Source: Candidatus Nanopusillus sp.
Lineage (GTDB): Archaea > Nanobdellota > Nanobdellia > Nanobdellales > Nanobdellaceae
Direction of reading: 5' to 3'
Length of the DNA: 16,975 bases
NCBI GenBank assembly: GCA_028276785.1
Contig: JAPYVP010000009.1
Coordinates: 1 to 16,975, forward strand
The stretch's first letter is position 1; each line of letters opens with the position of its first letter. Positions 8,662-15,575 of this stretch are shown in pieces. The notes below the pieces were generated by a model, which saw nothing but the letters and a program-made list of their open reading frames with translations, made no database searches and had not been told where the DNA came from. Both the position numbers and the translations under genes were made by a program.

Positions 8662-8770
8662 TAGAAGTTATACTTCTAATAATATTTAAGAATATTATGT
8701 GAAACAAATATTACTGCCCCCCATAACTATTTCATTAAGTAAATAATTGTCTAGACCAAATATAAAAAAT

Positions 8771-10075
8771 TTATAATAAAATTCCAATTAGTAATAGAAT
8801 TGCCCAAATTAATAAGATAATTCCAGAGAATATGTTCGCAATAGCTAATGTAAAGAATTTAGCTCCATAACTTCCCATTCTTTTTGATAATAAAGACATT
8901 ATAATATCATTCAAACTTGGGATTGAAGTTTTTACTGTTCTACCACCCATATTAATGCTACCTTTATTATATGTACTTGCTAAGAATAATCCTAAAATAC
9001 CTGTAGACATGTCTGGAACAGTAACCTTTACTGGTTTCATATTTATCATTTTTCCAGTATCTGCAAATCCACCTATAACAATATAATCTTCATTAATTGG
9101 TATATATTGTTCTACTAAATATGTATAGTAATGCTTCCTGAATGGCATAAAAGCTCTCTCTATTTTTGCTCCAATATTAAATTCTGATGGCAATACTTCG
9201 TCAGTCGTTACATATCTTTTTAAGTCTCTTGTTTTACTATGTTCCAATCTAAAACCATAATTTTTCATATTAAACAAATTTACTTGGGTGTTCGTACTTG
9301 CAGCTTGTTTTACATACGAAAGGACATCATCGCTAATCTTTTTAATAGCAAGCATACTTATCAAACCCAAAGTATTTGTTGCTAAACTATATGGCTGTAT
9401 TTCAATTATATTGGTTCTTACTTCAATATTTGGTGCCTTTTCTAAATCTACTGCTAAAAAACCAGTTTCATCTACAAGTAATGCAGGTATTCCGGCAGCA
9501 AAGCCATCTATAAATTTAGATTCCCAATATTCACTATTCCCTCTACTTACTTTATGTACATACCAAGTAGAAATAGAATAATATATACAATCCTGTCCAC
9601 TAATTGGTGATTTTAGAGGTTGGTGTCCGTATGGTATAAACTTCCCCTTAACTTTATTTAAACCATAAGTCGCAACATGTATTTTAGAAATCGGGGTATT
9701 GACTAAAATATTATATATTGTATATTTCTTAAAACCCAACATGATTAAGATAATAGATGATACTAATAGTACTACCGGAAATATTATTGTATCTGAAAAT
9801 AGCCACCAGAAAATAAATATGACTATATAAATTCCATAATCTATATAATTCTTTGCTTTAATATTTTTTGCATATGGGGGTATATAATTATGATATTCAG
9901 TTCTTGTGCTTGACAAATTTTTAGCATATGGTAATTCAGACGCTTTAAAAGTCCATTTTTTATTTTTCTGTTCATTTTCTTGTTGTTGATATTGAAAATT
10001 TTGAATATTTGTTTGTTGTAAATTTTCTCGTTTTTTATTTACAGGATTAAAAAAATTTGGAAAATTTTGCTGCAT
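8771..10075 (-). CDS. GIDE-domain membrane protein (prokaryotic MUL1/GIDE-like domain, no RING) with a Q/N-rich N-terminus
   Basis: Residues 1-40 are Q/N-rich. Residues 80-115 form a hydrophobic block and residues 406-434 form a C-terminal TM. The region between carries GIDE-like signatures: KVKGKFIPYGHQPLKSPISGQDCIYYSI...EYWESKF...IPALLVDETGFLAVDLEKAPNIEV and later YLVEQYIPINEDYIVIGGFADTGKMINMKPV...LGLFLAS. The start lies 4 nt after the lemA stop. Confidence 0.6.
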   Translation of the reverse strand: MQQNFPNFFNPVNKKRENLQQTNIQNFQYQQQENEQKNKKWTFKASELPYAKNLSSTRTEYHNYIPPYAKNIKAKNYIDYGIYIVIFIFWWLFSDTIIFPVVLLVSSIILIMLGFKKYTIYNILVNTPISKIHVATYGLNKVKGKFIPYGHQPLKSPISGQDCIYYSISTWYVHKVSRGNSEYWESKFIDGFAAGIPALLVDETGFLAVDLEKAPNIEVRTNIIEIQPYSLATNTLGLISMLAIKKISDDVLSYVKQAASTNTQVNLFNMKNYGFRLEHSKTRDLKRYVTTDEVLPSEFNIGAKIERAFMPFRKHYYTYLVEQYIPINEDYIVIGGFADTGKMINMKPVKVTVPDMSTGILGLFLASTYNKGSINMGGRTVKTSIPSLNDIIMSLLSKRMGSYGAKFFTLAIANIFSGIILLIWAILLLIGILL

Positions 10076-10079
10076 ATTT

Positions 10080-10655
10080 TCAGAATTCTAGCCTTGTAGA
10101 TACATCTTGTTTTGCTTCTTCAGGTGCTCTATATAAAGGCATTGGTTTTATACCAGCCATACCAGCAATAAAATTATATGGTATCTGTTCTATCTTTGTA
10201 TTTAACATTGTTACTGCTTCATTATAAAATTGTCTTGCATCTGCTAGTTGTGATTCTAACTCAACAATTATTTGCTGTAAGTGCATTACATTTTGATTAG
10301 CTTTTAACTCCGGATAATTTTCTATTACTGCAAATAGATATCTAAACATTCCCGTAATCTGATTTGATAAATTTATCTTTCCCTGTATATCATCTGGAGG
10401 TATACTCATAAATTGGGATCTCAATTGAGTTACCCTCTCAAAAACAGATTTTTCATATCTTAAATAACTACTAACTGTTTCTACTAATTTTATTAACATA
10501 TCATGTCTCTTCTGCAATAATACATCTATATTAGACCATGCCTTTTCTGCATTTTTCTTCAATGCTATTAGAGAGTTGTATACTGCTATATAAAATCCTA
10601 TTCCCAGTACTAAAAATACTACTAAAATAATGACAACAATAAGCCAAGACCCCAT
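10080..10655 (-). CDS. lemA: LemA family membrane protein
   Basis: There is an N-terminal TM (MGSWLIVVIILVVFLVLGIGFYIAV). LemA signatures follow: YNSLIALKKNAEKAWSNIDVLLQKRHDMLIKLVE, NYPELKANQNVMHLQQ, ARQFYNEAV and QIPYNFIAGMAGIKPMPLY. I chose the internal ATG at 10655 (191 aa, the usual LemA size), which has a TATA-like taaaatttaaaag about 29 nt upstream. The tracked ORF extends to 10751. Confidence 0.85.
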   Translation of the reverse strand: MGSWLIVVIILVVFLVLGIGFYIAVYNSLIALKKNAEKAWSNIDVLLQKRHDMLIKLVETVSSYLRYEKSVFERVTQLRSQFMSIPPDDIQGKINLSNQITGMFRYLFAVIENYPELKANQNVMHLQQIIVELESQLADARQFYNEAVTMLNTKIEQIPYNFIAGMAGIKPMPLYRAPEEAKQDVSTRLEF

Positions 10656-10927
10656 TAAAAGAATAAAAATCTTGTTACTTTTAAATTTTATTAACATTAA
10701 AACTTTATTTATATAATACAAAAAACAGACAGTAATTATCCTATATAACATTAAAAACTATAAAAATAGTTGATAATATAAATAATCATTTTAAAATTAT
10801 ATTTAACTTATATGATATGCAAATGCAGTTATCCTATTATCAATCATATTATCAATTATAAAATTTTGTCTTAATTTAATAAGATGTTTAATAAAGAATT
10901 TTTAAACATTATATTAAATTAATAGGT

Positions 10928-11560
10928 ATGGCAAATGAAGATTCTCTAGGTAAAGCTTTAACAAGAGTTATTATATATTCAGCAATATTCGTAATAGTAA
11001 TGGGAGTTGTACAGTGGTTCTTTACAGGAGGATTACAAATGCTATATAATATGACAGGTATTGGGGCAATTTTAGGATTAGAAAATTATTCAATATATGC
11101 TATTATCCTTGTAATGATTATATTTGGATGGTTCGTAATAGTTTCAGTAGCATCAATGTTTTATGCAATGTTTAAACCAAAGTATGGAGAATCTTCAGCA
11201 TCAGCAATAAGAAGTTTAATAAAAATTTTGGGAATTGGTGGTATATTTGCAGGTATCGCTGGTGCAGCTGGTGGGGGCGTTGCAGGAGTAGCATTAGGAG
11301 GTTTTATTGGTATGATAATAGGTTTTGCAACACAACAAGTTTTAAGCCAAGCTATTGCAGGTGTATTCTTATTATTAAGTAAACCATTCGAACTTGGAGA
11401 TGTTGTAGATGTAGCTGGAGAGACTGAAATAAAAATAATAGATATAAATGCAATGTTTACAAAAGCATTAAGAAATGACGGAAATACGGTATTAATTCCA
11501 AATAATATGATAATTTCACAAAAAATAGTAATAAGAAAGAAAGCTAAAGGGCAGCAATAA
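10928..11560 (+). CDS. small MscS-like mechanosensitive channel protein (short form)
   Basis: A Gly/Ala-rich pore-helix region (GGIFAGIAGAAGGGVAGVALGGFIGMIIGFATQQVLSQAIAGVFLLLSKPFELGDVVDV) is followed by beta-domain motifs (IKIIDINAMFTKALRNDGNTVLIPNNMI). This matches the MscS core pattern. At 210 aa the protein has no room for the usual C-terminal alpha/beta domain. Confidence 0.7.
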   Translation: MANEDSLGKALTRVIIYSAIFVIVMGVVQWFFTGGLQMLYNMTGIGAILGLENYSIYAIILVMIIFGWFVIVSVASMFYAMFKPKYGESSASAIRSLIKILGIGGIFAGIAGAAGGGVAGVALGGFIGMIIGFATQQVLSQAIAGVFLLLSKPFELGDVVDVAGETEIKIIDINAMFTKALRNDGNTVLIPNNMIISQKIVIRKKAKGQQ

Positions 11561-12464
11561 TTTCTGTATATTTATTATATATTTCATAAATCTTTTTTGG
11601 ATTATTATCTAAATATTCTCCTAAAGTATATCCCAATATCCTCCCATAATTCTCTATTTCTTTAAATAATTCCCTGTTTTCTTCAATTAAACCTATAGTA
11701 TTTCTTATGATATTCTGAAGTTTTTTATTATATATAAATTCCAACATTCTTTTCAAAGTATTTAAGTATTCTTCTCCACTTTTGAATATATAGACATTTT
11801 TAGATATTTCTTCAATTTCTTTTTTATCTAGTTTTCTATATTTTTCAAAGAAACCATCCAATAATCCATTAACAAAAGAAGCAAAAACAAAATTAATTAT
11901 TTCAAATGGATTTACATAATATTTCTTTTTTATTATATTTAAAATTATTTCTTCCGCAAATTTCTTTCCCATTCTATATGGTAATAAATTAAAATCTAAA
12001 TTTTGATATATTAAAATATTGTCCAATTCAAATGCAAGAATTAACCCCCATTTTTCTACAGCTTTTTTATCAATACAGACTGAAAATTCTTTCTTATCAA
12101 AAGATTCATAATTAAACGGTACTCCCATTATTTCTTCTAGTCCTTCGTAAAGTGATATACACATTTTTGTAGTATTTTCAGGTAATTGATAACTAGAATA
12201 ATCAATAATTATTTCTTTATTATGCATTGACCGGAAGTAATGAAAAAATTCTAAATTTTTTATTGATCTATACTCAACTTTAAAGTGTTTCATAATTTCT
12301 CTATTATTTTTCAACTTCTTTTTTATATTTTCTACTTCATTTAATAAGTATTTAGACTTATAAATACCATTCTTGAAATATAAAAATAGTGTAATCAGCA
12401 TAAGGCTTATGATATTTATTGTTTGTCTTTGTAAAATTTTGTCAAGATTATGTTCCATTATCAT
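11544..12464 (-). CDS. hypothetical protein with one N-terminal TM anchor and a soluble, largely helical domain of about 270 aa
   Basis: This is a long 306-aa ORF with a hydrophobic stretch (INIISLMLITLFLYF) near the N-terminus. I recognise no motif. Its 3' end overlaps the convergent MscS-like gene by 17 nt. Confidence 0.5.
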   Translation of the reverse strand: MIMEHNLDKILQRQTINIISLMLITLFLYFKNGIYKSKYLLNEVENIKKKLKNNREIMKHFKVEYRSIKNLEFFHYFRSMHNKEIIIDYSSYQLPENTTKMCISLYEGLEEIMGVPFNYESFDKKEFSVCIDKKAVEKWGLILAFELDNILIYQNLDFNLLPYRMGKKFAEEIILNIIKKKYYVNPFEIINFVFASFVNGLLDGFFEKYRKLDKKEIEEISKNVYIFKSGEEYLNTLKRMLEFIYNKKLQNIIRNTIGLIEENRELFKEIENYGRILGYTLGEYLDNNPKKIYEIYNKYTEIIAAL

Positions 12465-12893
12465 AAATTTATTCTGGCAAAACTTTTATTTTTGTTATTT
12501 AGTAGTAAGTCTATTTATAAATCTAATAAATTAAACTAGACATTTGAATTTCACTAAATGTTTAATAATAAACGTCAATAAAGAATAATATTATATAAGG
12601 ACATTCTAATCTTGTTTATCCTAAAGATCTGGCATTTCTAATATATATAATAGTGTCTTAAAATATAATAGGATATAGAACAAAAAATAAATTATATAAT
12701 TTTTTATAAAATCTCTTAAATTAATATTCATTAATCTTTTGCCTTTTTAGAGAAGATAAAACCTTTAGATAATTATATATGATAATCCTTAATAATCACT
12801 CAGAAATCCATAAAACTTTACTAATCTTTTTTTCATATAATAAAATTTTTCATATCTATTTATTTTTAAATTTCCATATACTTAATATAAAAA

Positions 12894-13325
12894 ATGATCT
12901 CAATACCAACCTGGTTTATATATGCCTTATTAGGAGCAATATTTGCGGCTTTTTCTACAATATTTGCCAAAATCGGATTACAAGGAATAAATTCTACTAC
13001 TGTAACAACCCTTAGATCAATTATTATGACATTTGTTATATTTATTATATTTATGTTAGAAATTAGAGATATAAACATCTTATTTAATTTGTCTAATAAA
13101 GATTATATATTTATAATATTGAGTGCTATATTTGGTGCACTTTCCTGGATAGCTTTCTTTTATGCACTAAAAATTGGAGAAGCTAGTAATGTTAGTATAG
13201 TAGATAAATCTAGTCTTTTATTTGTTATTTTATTAAGTATCTTAATATTAAATGAAAAAATAACAATTCAAAAGGCTATTGCTAGTATATTAATGTTTAT
13301 TGCTTTAGTATTATTAGTTATATGA
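12894..13325 (+). CDS. small DMT-superfamily transporter with a single EamA-like domain
   Basis: The 143-aa ORF has 4-5 hydrophobic helices. The N-terminus WFIYALLGAIFAAFSTIFAKIGLQGINSTTVTTLRSI and the segment SWIAFFYALKIGEASNVSIVDKSSLLFVILLSILILNEKIT match the half-size EamA pattern. Confidence 0.65.
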   Translation: MISIPTWFIYALLGAIFAAFSTIFAKIGLQGINSTTVTTLRSIIMTFVIFIIFMLEIRDINILFNLSNKDYIFIILSAIFGALSWIAFFYALKIGEASNVSIVDKSSLLFVILLSILILNEKITIQKAIASILMFIALVLLVI

Positions 13326-13342
13326 TCTTTTAATATTGATTA

Positions 13343-14413
13343 TTAGTTAGAATCATTAATCATATATTCTATTAAATCATTAACATATGGATTATTCCAC
13401 AATCCAAAAGGATCACCATTATATCCATTCCAATTGTATATTCCAATTATTTCTATACCCATATCACGTAATTGATTAATTATGTTTTTATAATATTTTA
13501 TTGTGGCTCGATATCCCTCTTCAGAAGGACCATTCCAATATCCTAAACCCCCAGAACTTATATAACCTTTTAAATCCCCATTTCTAAATCCTAACTCACC
13601 CATAAAAAATTTAACATTATTTTTATCCGCAAATTGCTTATATTGCATAATAATACTTTTCATATATTCACTCATTGAAATATTTCTATCATTATAGATA
13701 TAATCTCCATATAATTCTAAACCAATCATATCTAGTCTTATTCCATAATTATTTAGCAAATAATTATATAATTCCACTATCCTTTTAGAATTTCCCATAT
13801 CTACATAATAAAATAATTTCGCCTCTGGTAAATATTCTTTCATTAAGAGATAATAGTGTGCTAATTGTTCTATTGGAACTGCATTAATTTCACTAAATCC
13901 AATAACAATATTTTTTCCACTATTAGTAATATTTGATAAATATTTTAAAAATTCTCTAATATCTTGATCATATTGTGACAAATCTGTAATACTATTTCTA
14001 TCAGTTGTAACGAACAAATTTACATAAATTGGTTTATTATTTTTATTATTTTCATATAAATATAATATTTGCTCCAAAGAATGATTATAATTATTATCAA
14101 AGGTTATTATAACACCTTCTGTTATAGTTAAATTAGTCTGAAAATATTGATCTAATAATCTATAAGTTCCATTATTCGGTCCCCATGGAACATTCCAAAA
14201 TATATAATACTGTTGATTATTTAAATTATTGAAAGAACCATTATGTAAATCTAAATTTGAAATTTCTGCTGAATAATTATTCAATTTATTATTTTGGAAA
14301 TCTTGATATGAACTTTTATTTATTCCATATTGAAAAATTAAAGTTCCCAAAATAATAGCTCCCAATAATCCAGTCAATCCTTTTAAAAAATCTCTTCTAC
14401 TTATATTTACCAT
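13343..14413 (-). CDS. Tat-signal secreted or anchored protein, putative TIM-barrel glycoside hydrolase (clan GH-A/GH5-like)
   Basis: A twin-arginine motif (SRRDFLKGL) plus h-region is present at the N-terminus. The candidate nucleophile strand FFMGELGF resembles the GH5 pattern i-G-E-f-G, and the candidate acid/base strand is IVIGFSEINA. There are many N-x-S/T sequons. The hydrolase call is only motif-level. Confidence 0.4.
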   Translation of the reverse strand: MVNISRRDFLKGLTGLLGAIILGTLIFQYGINKSSYQDFQNNKLNNYSAEISNLDLHNGSFNNLNNQQYYIFWNVPWGPNNGTYRLLDQYFQTNLTITEGVIITFDNNYNHSLEQILYLYENNKNNKPIYVNLFVTTDRNSITDLSQYDQDIREFLKYLSNITNSGKNIVIGFSEINAVPIEQLAHYYLLMKEYLPEAKLFYYVDMGNSKRIVELYNYLLNNYGIRLDMIGLELYGDYIYNDRNISMSEYMKSIIMQYKQFADKNNVKFFMGELGFRNGDLKGYISSGGLGYWNGPSEEGYRATIKYYKNIINQLRDMGIEIIGIYNWNGYNGDPFGLWNNPYVNDLIEYMINDSN

Positions 14414-14429
14414 TTAATATAAAAAATTA

Positions 14430-15521
14430 CTAATCTGAGACATAAGGATTGCCTTTATCTGGTATAAATAATATAATTGTACCCTTATAATCTTTTACAG
14501 TAAATATTGGAGCACCATTTTCATATTTACCTTTGTAATCTACTGTTGCAACTGTATCTACATGCAAAATTCCGTAGCTTGTTGGATTTTTATCATTTGG
14601 TTTTCCTAAAATATAGCTAGCTAATTTAATAGCATTTTTTGCTTCATTTACTTGCTGTCCATTTTGATATACTATTATTATACTATCACTATTATAATCG
14701 TTTTTTAGTTGATTACTTCCTCCCCAAACACTATATGGATATGGACCATCCTCCGACATTGGCATTAATGCCAATGCTTTTCCTTTTTTTAGAGTTTCAA
14801 CTATATTATATACATCTTTATCTGAAATTATTATATTATAATATATGTTAGAAGCGGGTAATATCCATTTATCATCCAGTTCAATAGCTTTATTTACGTT
14901 TGCTCTTCCTAATACAAAGTATACTGAATAATTACCTTTATTATATGAATTATATTCTTTTACTCTTGAAAATATATTTGCTATATTTATATCACCTCTT
15001 GATAGATATCTTAAGGGAATTTCAATTACTGCTTTGTTTCGTGTATAACGACTCTCTACTGATAGAATTGCATTATCACCGACTATTTTCGCATCTAATA
15101 TTTCTAAAACTGTAAACTCTAGATTACTATTTCCAAATAATAATTCTTCTAAAGTTCTTGGACTTTGTACTGTAGTAGTTGTAGTTGTTGTTGGTGATGG
15201 TTTTGTTAAAGTTTCTGTCTTAGTTTCTGTAACTGTTTCTGTCTTTGTAACTGTCTTAGTAACTGTTTCTGTTTCTGTTTTAGTAACTGGTGGTTGTGTA
15301 TATGTTGTAGTTTTAGTTATGGTTACGATTTCCGTTTTCGGTTCTGGTGTTGATGTGTATGGTGTTTGAGTGTCTGTATACCGTTTTGATCCTTCTTTAA
15401 AAATACCAGATAAACCAGAATACATGATTGCTGATGTAATTGCTGCAGTTGCTACACTAGTAGCTATGATTTTAAGAAAATCTCTTCTGGTAATTTGTCC
15501 TGTATTTTGGGTTTGTGCCAT
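14430..15521 (-). CDS. Tat-signal surface or secreted protein with a Thr-rich repeat stalk and an unknown C-terminal domain of about 240 aa
   Basis: The twin-arginine motif is ITRRDFLKIIATSVATAAITSA. A Thr-rich region follows at residues about 50-118 (KTETETVTKTVTKTETVTETKTETLTKPSPTTTTTTT), and then a globular domain with no motif I recognise. The gene lies 16 nt upstream of the hydrolase-like gene on the same strand. Confidence 0.6.
   Translation of the reverse strand: MAQTQNTGQITRRDFLKIIATSVATAAITSAIMYSGLSGIFKEGSKRYTDTQTPYTSTPEPKTEIVTITKTTTYTQPPVTKTETETVTKTVTKTETVTETKTETLTKPSPTTTTTTTVQSPRTLEELLFGNSNLEFTVLEILDAKIVGDNAILSVESRYTRNKAVIEIPLRYLSRGDINIANIFSRVKEYNSYNKGNYSVYFVLGRANVNKAIELDDKWILPASNIYYNIIISDKDVYNIVETLKKGKALALMPMSEDGPYPYSVWGGSNQLKNDYNSDSIIIVYQNGQQVNEAKNAIKLASYILGKPNDKNPTSYGILHVDTVATVDYKGKYENGAPIFTVKDYKGTIILFIPDKGNPYVSD
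15168..15374 (-). repeat. in-frame Thr-codon tandem repeat tract (T-K/E-T-E/V units plus a poly-Thr run) encoding a linker or stalk
   Basis: On the plus strand the unit gtttctgt recurs four times in aaGTTTCTGTcttaGTTTCTGTaactGTTTCTGTctttgtaactgtcttagtaactGTTTCTGTttctgtttt. It is followed by tgtagtagttgtagttgttgttggt, which is the poly-Thr run. Confidence 0.8.
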
Positions 15522-15540
15522 ATAATGATATTGTTAGAAT

Positions 15541-15575
15541 ATATTATAAATTTTTCTTATATTATAAATTTTTCT
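15541..15575 (-). promoter_or_regulatory. tandemly duplicated BRE/TATA-like promoter core upstream of the Tat/Thr-rich gene
   Basis: atattataaatttttct occurs at 15541-15557 and again, perfectly, at 15559-15575. On the minus strand each copy reads agaaaaatttataatat, a purine-rich BRE-like element followed by tttataa. The proximal TATA is centred about 27 nt from ATG 15521. Confidence 0.5.

Noticed and set aside
8626-8680. Two related palindromic 20-mers (attagaattaatacttctaa and attagaagttatacttctaa, 34 bp apart), the second forming a perfect 9-bp stem with a 3-nt loop
   Set aside because: By my rough estimate, a few perfect 9-bp AT-rich hairpins are expected by chance in this window. They also lie inside apparently decayed sequence, so no regulatory call is made.
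9288-9581. A 97-aa plus-strand ORF inside the GIDE-domain gene
   Set aside because: It is antisense to a much longer ORF with domain-level signatures and has no motif or promoter support.
10836-10859. A 12-bp tandem repeat attatcaatcat / attatcaattat in the lemA-MscS divergent spacer
   Set aside because: It is short, imperfect and AT-only, so it is expected by chance at this composition. It may still be worth checking if orthologous spacers conserve it.
12779-13078. Two overlapping short ORFs (78 aa on plus, 70 aa on minus) around the start of the EamA-like gene
   Set aside because: Both overlap or sit out of frame with the well-formed transporter ORF. Their translations are low-complexity N/I-rich strings.
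14639-15115. Two plus-strand ORFs (70 and 71 aa) inside the Tat/Thr-rich gene
   Set aside because: They are antisense shadow ORFs with L/Y-rich low-complexity translations.
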